DNA of 64,000 bases. It comes from Desulfurococcaceae archaeon (lineage in GTDB: Archaea > Thermoproteota > Thermoprotei_A > Sulfolobales > Desulfurococcaceae). The stretch lies in assembly GCA_038897715.1 (NCBI GenBank), contig JAWAVV010000004.1, forward strand, positions 8,365 through 72,364. The letters run 5' to 3'. Of this stretch, positions 40,014 through 52,849 are shown piece by piece; the stretch's first letter is position 1; each line of letters begins with the position of its first letter. Under the pieces are notes generated by a model. That model saw nothing but the letters and a program-made list of their open reading frames with translations. It was not told the DNA's origin and searched no databases. A program made the translations under genes and the position numbers.

Positions 40014-40860
40014 GAATACAACACAAAGAATTGAAAGTAATCCATCCTAACAACTTAGATACAATTGTTCTATTGAAGAATACAACACAAAGAATTGAAA
40101 GTTCATGAAACCACCACACAGAGGTTTTATCTCAGAAATGAATACAACACAAAGAATTGAAAGTAAAGAATAGCAGATCTTTAATAGTTTTCTCAACCGT
40201 GTTGAATACAACACAAAGAATTGAAAGCTATTGTTTCGATAAGTATGCCGTTTTTCCTGAACTCTGAATACAACACAAAGAATTGAAAGGATCCTAAAGA
40301 AGAACTATACATTGAATATGAAACCTGAATACAACACAAAGAATTGAAAGTTACATCTTCCTTCAATTGATCTAGAGTTGACAGAGTGTATTCGAATACA
40401 ACACAAAGAATTGAAAGAGTTACAAGAAGATACACGTCTGATAAAATATATGTGTATGAATACAACACAAAGAATTGAAAGACTATCTCACTTTTTTTCT
40501 CAGGCATTCTTTTCACACATTGAATACAACACAAAGAATTGAAAGGGATCTTTTTGATCTTACTCGGTTTAAAAACCCGTGAATACAACACAAAGAATTG
40601 AAAGCTATCGTATATTACCTTAACCAGTCTATTCACTCTAGGGAATACAACACAAAGAATTGAAAGCTTGTAAATGTACAGGTTGTTAGCAATAGCGTCT
40701 TGGATCGAATACAACACAAAGAATTGAAAGGTTCAAACCAGAGAAAGGATTGTTACTACACTACTGCGTGTGAATACAACACAAAGAATTGAAAGATTGA
40801 TGAGGTTGATAAACTTAAGTTAAGGTCAAAAGCAGAGAATATAACACAAAGAGTTGAAAG
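40014..40860 (+). CRISPR. CRISPR array: 14 repeats of 24 nt (GAATACAACACAAAGAATTGAAAG), 13 spacers of 35-43 nt
   Basis: Repeats start at 40014, 40078, 40140, 40204, 40266, 40327, 40394, 40458, 40522, 40581, 40643, 40707, 40772 and 40837. The last repeat has 2 mismatches (GAATATAACACAAAGAGTTGAAAG). Plus orientation is inferred from the ATTGAAAG 3' end of the repeat (the 8-nt crRNA 5' tag in Cas6 type I/III systems) and from the degenerate distal repeat. Confidence 0.97.
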
Positions 40861-40896
40861 ATTAAGGGGATTGTTTGGGTTTATGGAGAGTTTAAG

Positions 40897-40981
40897 CGCC
40901 GGGGGCGGGATTTGAACCCGCGCGGGCGGATAGCCCACTGGCTCTCAAGGCCAGCCCCTTAGACCGCTCGGGCACCCCGGC
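40897..40981 (-). tRNA. tRNA-Ser (TGA)
   Basis: Reverse strand reads GCCGGGG-TG-CCC..GGG-G-CTGGC-CTTGAGA-GCCAG, long variable arm, GCGGGTTCAAATCCCGC-CCCCGGC-G. No intron. Confidence 0.92.
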
Positions 40982-41050
40982 TTATCTATTATTATTTTTT
41001 AGAAAAGAGGTTTATTTTATAATTGTTTCAATTTGATTTAATTAATCTAT

Positions 41051-41374
41051 TTATCTAGGTCTAGGCATTGCTACCTCTAACCAAATATCTGGTGGTAGTC
41101 TTATTCTAATTATTTGTTTCATAACTCTCTCATCGGGTGCTATATATAGTACTCTTTTATGTATTCTCATTTCCCATTTCTCCCATTTCTTCTTACCCTC
41201 GCCATGCGGTAGTTTCAGTGTTCTAACAACTATTCTCTTAGTTGGTAGAGGTATTGGTCCATGCATGTTTACACCAGTTTTCTTAACAATATCGACTATT
41301 TTATTTACAAATTCGTTTAATGAATCGGTATTAGTACTCCATATTTTTATTTTAACCATTTGTCTACTAGACAT
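41051..41374 (-). CDS. rps10: Ribosomal protein S10 (uS10)
   Basis: 107 aa. KIKIWSTN...GPIPLPTK...RIHKR. Confidence 0.95.
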   Translation of the reverse strand: MSSRQMVKIKIWSTNTDSLNEFVNKIVDIVKKTGVNMHGPIPLPTKRIVVRTLKLPHGEGKKKWEKWEMRIHKRVLYIAPDERVMKQIIRIRLPPDIWLEVAMPRPR

Positions 41375-41435
41375 TTTAATTAACCGTCTCTACGCTTAAT
41401 TGTTTAAACAATAATGAATAGAGTTTGTTGAAAAA

Positions 41436-42749
41436 CTACTTGATCTCTACTTTAACTGGTTTAATATCGGTAACAATACCTATACCAATAGTTTTACCCA
41501 TATCTCTCATAGCGAAACGACCGAGTGGTGGGAACTCGCTGTATTTCTCAATAACTAATGGTTTAATTGGTTTAAACTTAACTATCGCTGCTTCACCCAT
41601 TTTAAGGAATTGTGGATTCTTTTCAACCTCCTGACCAGTTCTCGGATCTATTTTAGAAACTATTTCAGTTATTCTACAAGCTACACTAGCTGTATGTACA
41701 TGTATGACAGGAGTATATCCAACTGCTATAGCTGTTGGATGCCATATAACATATATACGTGCCGTAAACTCATCCGCTACAGTCGGTGGATTACCCGTAT
41801 GTCCGGCAACATCTCCTCTCTTCAAATCCTTTTTCTCAACACCTCTAACGTTAAAACCAATGTTATCGCCTGGTTCAGCTTTCTCAATTCTCATATGATG
41901 GGTTTCAATACTACGGACTTCACCTATTTTACCAATAGGCATGAATACTACTTTATCACCTGTTTTCAAAACACCTGTTTCAACACGTCCAACGGGGACT
42001 GTACCTATACCGGATATTGCATAAACATCTTGTATAGGTATTCTAAGTGGTTTATCGATCGGCTTGCTTGGTGGTTCAAGAGTATCTAGTGTTTCAACGA
42101 AAACAGGTCCATCATACCAAGGCATGTTAATAGATCTCTCTATGAGATTATCTCCAGTCCACGCCGATACAGGTATGAAAGGTATTTTACTAATATCGTA
42201 GCCAAGACTCTTCAAGTATTTAGATAGAGTTTCTTTAATTTGTTCAAATCTCTCTTTACTCCACGGTGGTTCAGTAGCATCCATTTTATTAATAGCAACT
42301 ATTAATTGATTAATACCCATTGTTTTAGCTAGTAAAGCGTGTTCACGAGTTTGACCCTCAGGACTCATACCTGCTTCGAACTCACCTTTCCTAGCACTAA
42401 CAACTAGTACAGCTGCATCAGCTTGACTAGCACCAGTGATCATGTTTTTAACGAAATCTCTATGACCGGGTGCATCTATGATTGTAAAGAAGTATTTCTT
42501 AGTTTCGAATTTGAGATAAGATAGTGATATTGTAACACCTCTTTCTCTCTCTTCCTTCAATTTATCGAGTAGCCATGCGAATTTAAAACTCTCTTTACCC
42601 ATTTTCTTAGCTTCTTCTTCAATCATCTGCATTGTTTTAGCATCTATTAATCCTAGACGATACATGATATTGCCTACTAGAGTACTCTTACCGTGATCAA
42701 CGTGTCCTATGAATATTATATTCAAATGTGGTTTCTGAAGCGTAGACAT
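41436..42749 (-). CDS. tuf: Translation elongation factor 1-alpha
   Basis: 437 aa. [41 protein letters not shown] lies 8 nt upstream of the ATG. Confidence 0.98.
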   Translation of the reverse strand: MSTLQKPHLNIIFIGHVDHGKSTLVGNIMYRLGLIDAKTMQMIEEEAKKMGKESFKFAWLLDKLKEERERGVTISLSYLKFETKKYFFTIIDAPGHRDFVKNMITGASQADAAVLVVSARKGEFEAGMSPEGQTREHALLAKTMGINQLIVAINKMDATEPPWSKERFEQIKETLSKYLKSLGYDISKIPFIPVSAWTGDNLIERSINMPWYDGPVFVETLDTLEPPSKPIDKPLRIPIQDVYAISGIGTVPVGRVETGVLKTGDKVVFMPIGKIGEVRSIETHHMRIEKAEPGDNIGFNVRGVEKKDLKRGDVAGHTGNPPTVADEFTARIYVIWHPTAIAVGYTPVIHVHTASVACRITEIVSKIDPRTGQEVEKNPQFLKMGEAAIVKFKPIKPLVIEKYSEFPPLGRFAMRDMGKTIGIGIVTDIKPVKVEIK

Positions 42750-42904
42750 TATTTAACCACCGATATTATCTAACTAGGTATTTAAACATAGTTATTTAGG
42801 GGGTTTTAATATTTATGGTTTACTAAACTATATCTAGCTAGAATTCTATCTAGAAACTGGTTTTCAGGGAAAAACCGAGATTTAACAAATACTGCGTTAA
42901 ACCA

Positions 42905-43498
42905 CTATCTACTGCTTAAAGCTATTCTCTCAATCTCTTCTTTCTTCTGAATAGCATAGCTCTTGGGATCGTTGTTTGCAGCTAGTATTATTTCATCAGC
43001 TAATGCTTCTTCTATAGGTATTGGATTGTTGAATGCTTTGTTTCGAGCACCTTCAGCTAGGAATCTTAAAGCTAGATCTACTCTTCTCTGAGGAGATACG
43101 TCGACAGCTACGTGATAAACTATACCACCATACATTATACGCGTTGTTTCTTCTCGAGGAGCAGAATTCTCTAATGCTCTTATAAATACTTGTAACGGGT
43201 TTTCACCTGTTCTTAGATATATTAGATCAAATGCTTTCTTAACAATATTGTATGCTAAATGTTTCTTACCGGTATTTCTACCGGGACTCATTAATTTATT
43301 TATAAGTCTTTCTACAATAGGTACTTCAGCTTTCCCAAAACGTCTATGTTCATGTCTACCGCCAGTATGTGGTAGATAAACTGGTTTTAAACATATGTAT
43401 TTCTTCAAACTAGGATCTAGTACTACGATATCGTTGTAACTCCATTTACCAAATAATTTTATTTCACTAACTTTAACAATAACACTCTCATTACTCAA
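42905..43498 (-). CDS. rps7: Ribosomal protein S7 (uS7)
   Basis: 197 aa. [25 protein letters not shown]. Confidence 0.95.
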   Translation of the reverse strand: MSNESVIVKVSEIKLFGKWSYNDIVVLDPSLKKYICLKPVYLPHTGGRHEHRRFGKAEVPIVERLINKLMSPGRNTGKKHLAYNIVKKAFDLIYLRTGENPLQVFIRALENSAPREETTRIMYGGIVYHVAVDVSPQRRVDLALRFLAEGARNKAFNNPIPIEEALADEIILAANNDPKSYAIQKKEEIERIALSSR

Positions 43499-43622
43499 TA
43501 CAATACACCTTTATTTAAACATCTTACTCTACTTGAATACTATTTGACTAGTTTATAAATTTATTCAAAGAGATAAAAAGGTGTTTTCTCAAAATAAGAA
43601 ATTTGATGATGATTACTGAGAG

Positions 43623-44156
43623 TTGATTCTAATGGATGATGATCTGCTTCTAGTTAGAGAAATCTATGGTCAAGTTATTAAGAAAAAGGTTTTTTATGGA
43701 AACAAGTCTTTTTCAATACTAGATACTAGGATAAAATGTATATTAGAAGATAATAGAAAATTCTATCTGGAGAGAGCTTCGCCGGAAATAGTGTTTTTTC
43801 TAAGAGAATTGAATGGTAAACAAACAAGAGATGATCGTGAGAGATTTGTAGATATATTGATGAGTATTCCAGGTATTATAGATTCGCTGAGTAAATATAT
43901 GAGAAAAATCGTTATCGACAATTATGATGAGAAAACTGGTTTATATAGTGCTTCAGTAGAGTTTTGCGATGGATCGATTGTTATTAAGCGTAAAATGATT
44001 CCTAGTCATGCAATATTTCTAGCTAAACTAGCTAAGAAACCAGTATATGTTAAGAAGAGTTTAGTTGATCAACAGGAAGAGATGTATAATCTGCTCGTAG
44101 AACTAGAGTCTTTAAACAATGATCGAGATGAATATGAAGAAGATGAATATATTTAA
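43623..44156 (+). CDS. Bifunctional-nuclease-domain (BFN/DUF151-like) protein, divergent
   Basis: 177 aa (start probably ATG at 43632). MIPSHAIFLAKLAKKPVYVKKSLV resembles the RPSDAIALALR..APIYV motif of DUF151. Acidic C-terminal tail. Confidence 0.45.
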   Translation: MILMDDDLLLVREIYGQVIKKKVFYGNKSFSILDTRIKCILEDNRKFYLERASPEIVFFLRELNGKQTRDDRERFVDILMSIPGIIDSLSKYMRKIVIDNYDEKTGLYSASVEFCDGSIVIKRKMIPSHAIFLAKLAKKPVYVKKSLVDQQEEMYNLLVELESLNNDRDEYEEDEYI

Positions 44157-44166
44157 ATACCTTAAA

Positions 44167-44619
44167 TTATCTTACAGGTTTCTGCTTCTTACCGAGATAT
44201 AGTGCTTTGAGAGAAACTCCGTTAACCATTATAACTTTATATCTAACACCAGGTATGTCTCCGAGAGATTTACCTCTAGGTCCACCTATTCCTTCTATAA
44301 TAACTTCATCGTGTTCATCGATATAGTTTATACCGCCATCCCATGGTACGAATGCTGTAACTACTTTACCGTTTTTAACCAACTGCACGCGGACGCATTT
44401 ACGTATAGCTGAATTAGGCTGTCTCGATTCAATACCTACTTTCTCAAGTACTATTCCTCTAGCCATAGGTGCTCCTTCGAGAGGATCGTGTTTCTTCTTC
44501 AATTCAAGCATTCTTATTTTAAACTTTCTCTGACTCCATCTAAACTTTAACCTCTTTTTCACAAGTTTTCTAGCAGCATATAATCCATTCGGAGCTTTCT
44601 TACCCGGCATTATTATCAC
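44167..44619 (-). CDS. rps12: Ribosomal protein S12 (uS12)
   Basis: 150 aa. [25 protein letters not shown]. Confidence 0.96.
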   Translation of the reverse strand: MIIMPGKKAPNGLYAARKLVKKRLKFRWSQRKFKIRMLELKKKHDPLEGAPMARGIVLEKVGIESRQPNSAIRKCVRVQLVKNGKVVTAFVPWDGGINYIDEHDEVIIEGIGGPRGKSLGDIPGVRYKVIMVNGVSLKALYLGKKQKPVR

Positions 44620-44648
44620 ACTCTATATTATTTTGAAAAACGATAAAC

Positions 44649-45107
44649 CTATATAATTATTACGTCATCTATGTTGAAGTATCTTTTAAGAACTAGTTTA
44701 GCTCTACTAACGTTTCTACCGTTTCTACCTATCGCTAATCCTTTATCTCTTGGTTCAACTATTACATATACTATTTTCCTACCACTTGGTTTATTAGCTA
44801 ATTTCACTTCTTTCACTTTAGCAGGTGCTAATGCGTATTTAGCTTGTTCTTCGAGTTTCTCACTATAACCAATTATTTCAATATCTTTATTCAATAGATT
44901 ACGGAGTTTCTGTACGTAAATACCTTTAGGACCAATTGCTTTAGCTATATCAGTAGGGTTAACTAAGTATATTATCCTATTGTTTTCTTCATCAACAATA
45001 CAGTCTCTTACAAATACATTCGTGTATTCGTTTAACAACGCTATGTATCTAAACTCTTCTGCAGTTATCTTTATCTGTGATCTATTGTTTTCACTCAATT
45101 TTCTCAA
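44649..45107 (-). CDS. nusA: NusA-like KH-domain transcription termination/antitermination protein
   Basis: 152 aa. Two KH GxxG motifs (GPKGIYVQKL, GRNGRNVSRA). Position between rpl30e and rps12. Confidence 0.88.
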   Translation of the reverse strand: MRKLSENNRSQIKITAEEFRYIALLNEYTNVFVRDCIVDEENNRIIYLVNPTDIAKAIGPKGIYVQKLRNLLNKDIEIIGYSEKLEEQAKYALAPAKVKEVKLANKPSGRKIVYVIVEPRDKGLAIGRNGRNVSRAKLVLKRYFNIDDVIII

Positions 45108-45420
45108 CCTCTTTAACTAAATCCAATATATTCGATTGACCGGGGTTTATAATAGCCATGGATGATACACCGAATGGTTTACCAACAATAGTGCCTAGTT
45201 CAATATTAGTACTAGGTATTTCGAGTACAGGTATTTTAGATAATTTAGCGTAGTATTTTATATCTCTCTTTATCTCAGGTGGAGCATTCGATGCTAAAAC
45301 TATTAATTTAGCTTTACCATGCATTGCTAGTTTAATTGTTTTCCTAGAACCAATTACTACTTGACCGGTTCTCACACATGTTTGTAAAGCATTTATAATA
45401 TCTGTTAAACTAGCCAACAC
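45091..45420 (-). CDS. rpl30e: Ribosomal protein L30e
   Basis: 109 aa. G.VVIGSRKTIK....GKAKLIVLASN.P. Confidence 0.92.
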   Translation of the reverse strand: MLASLTDIINALQTCVRTGQVVIGSRKTIKLAMHGKAKLIVLASNAPPEIKRDIKYYAKLSKIPVLEIPSTNIELGTIVGKPFGVSSMAIINPGQSNILDLVKEVEKIE

Positions 45421-46703
45421 TACTCCTCCTCTAATTCTTTCTTGAAAGACATATATAGTTCAACAATACCGGTACCTACTGGAACTGGTTGTCCTACGAG
45501 AACGTTTTCAGCAACACCTATCATCGGATCCTCAGCACCTTGTATAGCTGCTTCAACTAGTTTCTGAACAGTCATTTCGAAAGTAGCTCTAGCTAATATA
45601 CTGTGTTTCTCACCCGCTACACCCATTCTACCAACTTGTCTTATTCTACCAGTCCACGTCATCATATCGGCTAATAACATGATGTGTCTAATATCGACAT
45701 CTAAACCCTGGTCTTCTAGAATATTCTTAATCTCTCTGATAATAGCTCCTCTAGCTGCTTCAATACCTAGGATGGATTGTATTTCGAAAATATTGTTTGT
45801 ATAAACTCTTCTATAGTCAACTCCCGGTATTTTCATAACTTCAGCTAGATTACTCCCTTCAGCTATCAGTACATATTCGTCTCCCTTACGTTGGATGATA
45901 ACTTTTTTAATTCCTTTCACACCTTTTATCTTAGTTTCAGCTATTCTTAATCTAATTTTCTCGATTTTCGTAAAATCTAGTTTCTCGGGTTTAATACTTA
46001 TTCTAATTAAATAAGGATTATCGGGGTCTACACTTATTTTCCCAATCTTTAGTTTCTCGAGTGCTTTAACTACTTTATCAACAGATATTCCTTTGTCTTC
46101 AAGCATTTCTGGATCAAGTAGAACAGATACGCCTTCATATGGATTTACATTTATCTCTTTAGAAACGTTTTCAACAGTAGTTGTCTCTATTTTACGAGCA
46201 ACTTCTTTAGCCTTCTCCTCAGAGTATCTGTGTTCTTCATCTAAATAGATCTCCATAATAGGTGTTCCAGGTTGTTTACGAGCATCAACTATTTCTATTA
46301 AACGAGGCAGTCCTAGAGTAACGTTGTATTCACGTATACCGGCGTAGTGGAATGTTCTAAGAGTCATTTGTGTAGATGGTTCACCTATACTCTGAGCAGC
46401 AACCGTACCGACAGGTTCACCTGGTTCTACGAGACTCGCTAAATATCTATTGACTACTTCGTTTGCAATATTCTCGATTTCTTCAATCGTTAATCCACGT
46501 GTTTTATATTGTTCAACTATTTTCCTATATACTTCATTAAATACTGTTTGATTAACAATACTTCCAATTCTCTCTCTCAGGATTTTTTCTATTATATTTA
46601 AACCTTCTCTCTCTTCAATCTTCTCCTCTAATACAGTCTTCTCAACAGATTTCTCCTTCCTCCTACTCTTTTTCCTACTCTTCAATCTAAATCCTCCATC
46701 CAA
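45420..46703 (-). CDS. rpoA2: RNA polymerase subunit Rpo1C (A'')
   Basis: 427 aa. [30 protein letters not shown]. Confidence 0.96.
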   Translation of the reverse strand: MDGGFRLKSRKKSRRKEKSVEKTVLEEKIEEREGLNIIEKILRERIGSIVNQTVFNEVYRKIVEQYKTRGLTIEEIENIANEVVNRYLASLVEPGEPVGTVAAQSIGEPSTQMTLRTFHYAGIREYNVTLGLPRLIEIVDARKQPGTPIMEIYLDEEHRYSEEKAKEVARKIETTTVENVSKEINVNPYEGVSVLLDPEMLEDKGISVDKVVKALEKLKIGKISVDPDNPYLIRISIKPEKLDFTKIEKIRLRIAETKIKGVKGIKKVIIQRKGDEYVLIAEGSNLAEVMKIPGVDYRRVYTNNIFEIQSILGIEAARGAIIREIKNILEDQGLDVDIRHIMLLADMMTWTGRIRQVGRMGVAGEKHSILARATFEMTVQKLVEAAIQGAEDPMIGVAENVLVGQPVPVGTGIVELYMSFKKELEEE

Positions 46704-49335
46704 TTATTTTCTGTAAAACTCTATCGATATTCACAGCTCTACCGTGTTCGCTCTTCATAGGGTCTACTCCATCTTCACCATATATGAATTGAACTATTTC
46801 ACCACTAGGTAGTCTAACAGTACCATCATACTCAACTTTTAAATCTTGTAAAGCGTTTATAAGTCTTCTCTGCATGTATCCACTCTGACTAGTACGGACA
46901 GCTGTATCGGTTAAACCCTCTCTTCCAGCAGCTGCATGGAAGAACATTTCAGTAGGAGTTAATCCATCTACGAAACCATTTGCTACGAATCCACGGGGTT
47001 CTGGCCCTAGATCTCTTTTTCTAAAATGAGGTAGAGTTCTATCAATATATCCTCTCGTAATCCTCCTACCGCTGATTGTTTGTTGACCAAGTAGTGTAGC
47101 CATTTGTGTTAAATTAACGGGATTTCCACGTGCACCAGTTCTAGCCATTACTATTATTGGATTAGATAGTGTGAAGAACGGTGTTATGAAATCAGCTACT
47201 TCATCTAGAAGTTTCTTAGATAGTGTTTCTATAATTATATCCTCTAGTGTTTCCTCAACTGTTTTACCCGGTTTTGCTTCAAGCGATCCTTCAATATATT
47301 TCGTTATATATTCATATACTTCTCTCTTCTTTTCGTTAATTAATTCAACAATCTTACTCTTATACTCGCTTGGGATTAATAGATGTGAGAAACTCATAGT
47401 GAAACCGTGTTTTTCAATATATCTAAGGAATATTTTATAAACTCTATCCATGAATAATCTAGCTAAATCTTCACCATACTCTATAATAATCCAATGTATT
47501 AAACTCTCTGGTTCTTCTCTACCAATACTAGCTTTATCCAATACTCCCTCTAGCATAATACCTTTCTTAATAATAACTAAACTATCGTGTGGACAATCCT
47601 CATCGATACATCTTAGAGCTGTAGCACTAGCTATTTTAGATGGTTTTCTATAATTCAAATCTTTCGGTAGGAATAAACTAATTATTTGTTTACCAGTCCA
47701 ACGAATTTTTGGTTTAAGTATTGCTGGTTCAGGTATTTCGCCGAAATATCCAGCAGCACTCAGTAGATCTATGACATCTTCTCTACTGAGTAATGTTGAC
47801 TTACTTGTTAACAAGTATGCACCGCTAATATAGTCTTGTAAACCACCTATAATAGGTCCACCATACCGTGGTGTTAAAATATGTTTTTCAACGAGCATAA
47901 GTAAACGAGCTTCAGCCCGTGCTTCCTCGCTTTGAGGCACATGTAGATTCATTTCATCTCCGTCGAAATCAGCATTGTAGGGTGGGCATACGAGAAGGTT
48001 TAATCTAAATGTCTTATAAGGCAGTACTCTAACAATATGAGCCATTACAGATATTCTATGTAACGACGGTTGTCTATTAAATAACACTACATCTCCATCT
48101 CTCAAATGTCTCTCTACGATATAGCCTGGAGCTAGTGATTCGGCAACAGCTTTTCTATCAACATATTTTAGATCTATTTTCCTACCATCTGGTTTAATAA
48201 CATAGTTTGCTCCAGGCCATTTATCAGGACCGTTTAATACTAGTCTACGCATTTCATCAATATTCCAATGCGTCACTCTTTCCGGAATAGTTAATGTTTT
48301 AGCGATAACCTCCGGGACTCCTACTTCATTTATACTAAGATTCGGATCTGGGCTGATAACGGTTCTTGCTGAGAAATCAACTCTCTTACCTCTTAAATTA
48401 CCTCTAAATCTACCTTCTTTTCCTTTAAGTCTCTGAGCAATACCTTTTAACTGTTTCCCACTACGGTGTTTAGCTACCGGTATACCTGGTACTTCGTTGT
48501 CGAAATAAGTAGTTATATGGTATTGTAAAAGCTCCCATTCTTCATTGATGATAGCGCTAGGAGCTCCTGACTCAACGTGGTTTCTCAATCTATCATTTAT
48601 ACGTATTATATCGACTAATTTATGTGTTAAATCATCTTCACTCCTAATACCTGTTTCTAGAGATATCGATGGTCTAACTGCTCTAGGTGGAACAGGTAGT
48701 ACTGTTAAAACAGCCCATTCCGGTCTAGCGTAAACAGGGTCTCCTCCAAGCAGTCTCACATCTTCATCAGGTATTCTCTCGAGTCTAGCTCTTACTTCTG
48801 CAGGATTTAATCTAGTTAAACCCTCTTCTCTCTCTTCATAGAATGAATGAGGTTTATCTAACTTGATCTTATACTGTTTAGCTCCACAATGTGGACAAAT
48901 GTTTGTCGACATTGCTTTCTTCTGTATAAACTCGTGGAATTTTTTCAGCAAATGATGTAGTTTAAGTGTTTTCAACTCATCTAGTAGTTTCAAATACCTA
49001 GATCTTTCTACTTCTCTTAATCTTATTCTTCCACATTCTCTACAAGTTGTTTTAAGAAACATGAGTATGTATTTAGAGAAAGAAACGTGTATAACTGGTT
49101 TAGCCAATTCTATGTGACCGAAATGTCCTGGACAACTATCTCTAGGATTACCACACGTTGGACAGGTTTCGCGAGGCTCTATAGCGCCTAGTCTACGGTC
49201 AGCTACTCCTCCATCAATTGGTGCTCCATCGTTTCCATATACTTCGCTAGTTACTAGTGCTGTTACACTCATTTTTCTGATCTCATCTGGCGATAAGAGT
49301 CCAAACTTTATACTAGTTAATTTGTTTAAAAACAC
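46687..49335 (-). CDS. rpoA1: RNA polymerase subunit Rpo1N (A')
   Basis: [12 protein letters not shown] active site. The longest ORF reaches 49407, but GTG at 49335 (GGAGGTG upstream, overlapping the rpoB stop) gives [21 protein letters not shown], the canonical N-terminus. Confidence 0.96.
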   Translation of the reverse strand: MFLNKLTSIKFGLLSPDEIRKMSVTALVTSEVYGNDGAPIDGGVADRRLGAIEPRETCPTCGNPRDSCPGHFGHIELAKPVIHVSFSKYILMFLKTTCRECGRIRLREVERSRYLKLLDELKTLKLHHLLKKFHEFIQKKAMSTNICPHCGAKQYKIKLDKPHSFYEEREEGLTRLNPAEVRARLERIPDEDVRLLGGDPVYARPEWAVLTVLPVPPRAVRPSISLETGIRSEDDLTHKLVDIIRINDRLRNHVESGAPSAIINEEWELLQYHITTYFDNEVPGIPVAKHRSGKQLKGIAQRLKGKEGRFRGNLRGKRVDFSARTVISPDPNLSINEVGVPEVIAKTLTIPERVTHWNIDEMRRLVLNGPDKWPGANYVIKPDGRKIDLKYVDRKAVAESLAPGYIVERHLRDGDVVLFNRQPSLHRISVMAHIVRVLPYKTFRLNLLVCPPYNADFDGDEMNLHVPQSEEARAEARLLMLVEKHILTPRYGGPIIGGLQDYISGAYLLTSKSTLLSREDVIDLLSAAGYFGEIPEPAILKPKIRWTGKQIISLFLPKDLNYRKPSKIASATALRCIDEDCPHDSLVIIKKGIMLEGVLDKASIGREEPESLIHWIIIEYGEDLARLFMDRVYKIFLRYIEKHGFTMSFSHLLIPSEYKSKIVELINEKKREVYEYITKYIEGSLEAKPGKTVEETLEDIIIETLSKKLLDEVADFITPFFTLSNPIIVMARTGARGNPVNLTQMATLLGQQTISGRRITRGYIDRTLPHFRKRDLGPEPRGFVANGFVDGLTPTEMFFHAAAGREGLTDTAVRTSQSGYMQRRLINALQDLKVEYDGTVRLPSGEIVQFIYGEDGVDPMKSEHGRAVNIDRVLQKIIGWRI

Positions 49336-52300
49336 TAGCTTCCACCTCCTCGTTCTCTCTCGCTTAAACTTATCAAACCACTTATTTTCAAACGAGGCAT
49401 TATACACATACTCATAAGTTCCTGTAGAAGTAGTTTGAAAGCATAGCTGATCTCAACTGGTTTCAACTTACCTTTATCGCCATGTATTGGGCAAACATAC
49501 GTATTACGGTATTTATCAAACCAACCGATATGTCCACAGCCTTCAATAGTACATACGTATACATATGTCTTATCACTACGGTCAACCATTGTTTCTTTCA
49601 GTAGATAAGATGTACCGTGTCCTACTAGACAATCAACCTCCATTTCACCCCATCTCAAACCACCCTGTCTCGACCTACCTTCAGTCGGCTGTCTCGTTAA
49701 AATCTGAACTGGACCAATAGCTCTAGCGTGTATTTTGTCAGCAACCATGTGATGTAGCTTCTGGTAGTAAACTATTCCTATGAAAATAGGTGTTCTAATC
49801 AACTCTCCCGTTCTACCATCATACATAACTTCTTCACCAGTTGGTAGATAACCGTATTTTTTCAACACAACCATCTGATCCTCTATTGATTCTTTAAAGA
49901 ACGGTGTTGCATCAACAAATCTACCTTTAAGAGCAGCTGCTTTACCAGCAATACTCTCCATTAACTGTCCAACAGTCATTCTAGATGGAAAAGCATGTGG
50001 GTTGATAATTAAATCGGGAACAATGCCTTCCTCGGTGAAAGGCATATCGTATTGCGGTATTAATTGTCCTAGAACACCTTTCTGTCCATGTCTACTAGCA
50101 AACTTATCTCCCAGCTCGGGTATTCTGAGATCTCTAACTCTAACTTTAACTAGTTTATTACCATCACTATCACTAGTTATCATAACTGTATCTACAATAC
50201 CTTTCTCACCGTGTCTAACAGTTATACTAGAATCTTGTTTAGTCAACCCTCCTCCTATAGTATACTCCTGTGCAGCTACGAATCTCGGTGGACTTATTTT
50301 ACCAATAATAACTTCTCCACCAGTAACTTCTGTTTCGGGAGCCGCTATACCGTCTTCTTCTAGTTTTTCATACGCTCTCGGTCCACGATATCCTCTAACA
50401 CTGCTTACTGGAATAGTTATTTGGTCTTCTTGACCACCGGGATATTTGTATTCAACAGTACTGTATAGTCTGAAGAAAGTACTTCTACCAAGTCCTCTAT
50501 CAACACTACTCTTATTCATAATTAAAGCGTCTTCAATATTATATCCTGTAAAACTCATAACAGCTACAATCATGTTCTGACCAGCGGGTCTCTCGTTGTA
50601 ACCGTTTATCTCCATAAATCTTGTTTTAACAATAGGTACTTGAGGATAATGTAGTAATTGTCCACGTGTATCCATTCTCAACTGGAAATTAGATGAACTT
50701 AAACCCAGACTTTGTTTAGCCATAGCTGCTTCATACATATTTCTAGGACTCTGATTGTGTTCAGCATATGGAATGATTGATGCAGTTATACCAACTATTG
50801 AAGGAGGCCATATTTCTAAATGTGTATGTTCCGGCGTTATTTTATCAGGTGTTAAAGCTATGTAAGAATCCTCTTCTTCATCCGGGTCAAGGTATTCTAC
50901 AATACCTCTTTTAACAAGATCATCGAAACTCCACTCTCCTTTCTTAAGTTTTTCAACATGTTCTGGTTTTAGTTTCAACTCTCCGTTCTCGACAACGAGT
51001 AGTGGTCTCCTAATTCTACCTGCATCGCAGTTAACATAAACTTCGTTCAAATACTCGTCACGTATATATGCAACATTTATCTCACTACCATTAGCTATCT
51101 TATCCTGTCTCCTCAATCTCCTTATTTCACTAACTAATTGCTTACCATCTGGATGATACCCTATGAGTCTACCATTTAAATAAACTCTACTCCAAGATGA
51201 GTAATCTGGCAACGGGGTTTCTTCACTAATACTTCTCTTAATCTCGTCAATAATTTCTTTCATACGTTTAACGCCTAGTCTGTAGAGAAGTTGTTCAACC
51301 TTATCCTCGTTCACACCAACACTTACATACGCCATTAAAGCTAGGTTTTTAACTAAACCAATGTTTTGCCCTTCAGGTGTTTCAAATGGACATAAACGAC
51401 CCCATTGAGTAGGATGAAGCTCTCTAGCAGCTAAATGAGGTTGTGTTCTAGCTAATGGTGATACAACTCTACGTAAATGAGATAGTGTTGACATGAAATT
51501 AGTTCTATCAAGTAATTGTGAAACACCAGTCCTTCCTCCAGGCCAATTACCTGTAGCCATCACATGTAGTATCTTATCGGTTAACATACCTGGTTTAAAA
51601 ACTGTTTTCAAATCTATTTTCCTGAACCTACTATACGTTCTCTCAATACTTGTTTTAACTTCTTTAATAAAATACGTTGTCATAACGTATCTAAGCAGTT
51701 GTGCTAACAAATCTCCCGCTAATTTCAATCTCTTATTTCTATAATGGTCTTTATCATCAGGCTTCCTTCTATCAAGCATTAATTCAATTATTTTATTAAT
51801 CATCTGTCCAATGAAGAATGCTTTCTTAAGTCTAGTCTCAGGATTAGAGTCAGTGCCGAGATGAGGTAGTAGGTATTCATCTAGTAATCTACACGCTCTT
51901 TTAATTCTCTCTTCACTTGTTTTACCAACAGCTACTCTAGCACCTATATATTGCAATGCTTCTTCAATAGTCTTCTTCCTAATCTCCTCCTCTATTTTAA
52001 CCCTCTCTGCTGGTGAAATATCTGGTGGAATCTCTTGTTTAGGGAAAATAGTTTGTGCATGCATAACTGATGGTAGTAGGTAAGTATGTATTGATTCATC
52101 TAAACTAACAGCATACATTATTTCAAACTCTGATGCTAAACCGAGTGCAGCCATTAATATAACTGCAGGTATTCTATAACCACGTAGATTAGCGTAGAAT
52201 ATCCCATCCCTCCTCCTTTCTATAATCAACTGACTTCTTCTACCTTTAGCAACGCTAATCACTTTAGCAATATATGTTACACCGGTAGCTGTCTCTACTT

Positions 52301-52790
52301 TATCAACTAATATATTGTTGCTAGCTAAGTCTTCTTGAGCAATAAGTACTCTTTCACTACCGTTTATTATAAAATATCCACCAGGGTCTTTCGGATCTTC
52401 ACCAAGTTTCACCAATTGCTCACTAGGTAGTTTACTCAATGGGTCTAGATTAGATTTAACCATAACTGGTAGGTCAAGTAGTTTAACCTCTATCTCTCTT
52501 TCTTTACCACTTTGTTGAACCCCGGAAACCGATATTCTAACAATCAATGGAGCAGCATATGTTAAATTCCTTAGTCTACACTCTAGTGGCGTTATTTCTT
52601 TCTCTCCTACTTCAACTAGTTTAGCTTTCGGTTTCTCTATACGTGGGTCTTTAATGTGTAGAGTAATGTTTTCACTAATCTTAACACTACTGAAATCTCT
52701 AATAACTTCATAGATCAATTCTTCAGCAAATCTATTATAACTATCTAAATGTTGTCTAACAAGACCTTTTTCTTTGAAAAAACTCTTCAT
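49335..52790 (-). CDS. rpoB: RNA polymerase subunit Rpo2 (B), unsplit
   Basis: 1151 aa. [24 protein letters not shown]-terminal zinc ribbon. Confidence 0.97.
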   Translation of the reverse strand: MKSFFKEKGLVRQHLDSYNRFAEELIYEVIRDFSSVKISENITLHIKDPRIEKPKAKLVEVGEKEITPLECRLRNLTYAAPLIVRISVSGVQQSGKEREIEVKLLDLPVMVKSNLDPLSKLPSEQLVKLGEDPKDPGGYFIINGSERVLIAQEDLASNNILVDKVETATGVTYIAKVISVAKGRRSQLIIERRRDGIFYANLRGYRIPAVILMAALGLASEFEIMYAVSLDESIHTYLLPSVMHAQTIFPKQEIPPDISPAERVKIEEEIRKKTIEEALQYIGARVAVGKTSEERIKRACRLLDEYLLPHLGTDSNPETRLKKAFFIGQMINKIIELMLDRRKPDDKDHYRNKRLKLAGDLLAQLLRYVMTTYFIKEVKTSIERTYSRFRKIDLKTVFKPGMLTDKILHVMATGNWPGGRTGVSQLLDRTNFMSTLSHLRRVVSPLARTQPHLAARELHPTQWGRLCPFETPEGQNIGLVKNLALMAYVSVGVNEDKVEQLLYRLGVKRMKEIIDEIKRSISEETPLPDYSSWSRVYLNGRLIGYHPDGKQLVSEIRRLRRQDKIANGSEINVAYIRDEYLNEVYVNCDAGRIRRPLLVVENGELKLKPEHVEKLKKGEWSFDDLVKRGIVEYLDPDEEEDSYIALTPDKITPEHTHLEIWPPSIVGITASIIPYAEHNQSPRNMYEAAMAKQSLGLSSSNFQLRMDTRGQLLHYPQVPIVKTRFMEINGYNERPAGQNMIVAVMSFTGYNIEDALIMNKSSVDRGLGRSTFFRLYSTVEYKYPGGQEDQITIPVSSVRGYRGPRAYEKLEEDGIAAPETEVTGGEVIIGKISPPRFVAAQEYTIGGGLTKQDSSITVRHGEKGIVDTVMITSDSDGNKLVKVRVRDLRIPELGDKFASRHGQKGVLGQLIPQYDMPFTEEGIVPDLIINPHAFPSRMTVGQLMESIAGKAAALKGRFVDATPFFKESIEDQMVVLKKYGYLPTGEEVMYDGRTGELIRTPIFIGIVYYQKLHHMVADKIHARAIGPVQILTRQPTEGRSRQGGLRWGEMEVDCLVGHGTSYLLKETMVDRSDKTYVYVCTIEGCGHIGWFDKYRNTYVCPIHGDKGKLKPVEISYAFKLLLQELMSMCIMPRLKISGLISLSERERGGGS

Positions 52791-52849
52791 TACAATCCAT
52801 AAATCATCTATTGTAGGAAAACTTTTCTTAACTCTCTTACTCAGTTAAA

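Noticed and set aside
40193-40938. Track ORFs 40193-40717 (174 aa) and 40756-40938 (60 aa) on the minus strand
   Set aside because: They read straight through the CRISPR repeats (recurring FNSLCCIQ / FQFFVLYS peptides), and the second runs into tRNA-Ser. They are artefacts of the repeat periodicity.
42860-42877. Hairpin GGTTTT-CAGGGA-AAAACC with a T5 run on the minus strand, 28 nt after the S7 stop, as an intrinsic terminator
   Set aside because: It is plausible as an oligo-T archaeal terminator, but a single T5 tract in DNA this AT-rich is not discriminating. I did not list it as a feature.
43603-43650. TGATGATGA ... CTGA and GGATGATGATCTG strings resembling C and D boxes
   Set aside because: The C-like and D-like boxes are only 3 nt apart, there is no 12-nt guide geometry or C'/D' pair, and the second string is the MDDD coding start of the BFN-like gene.
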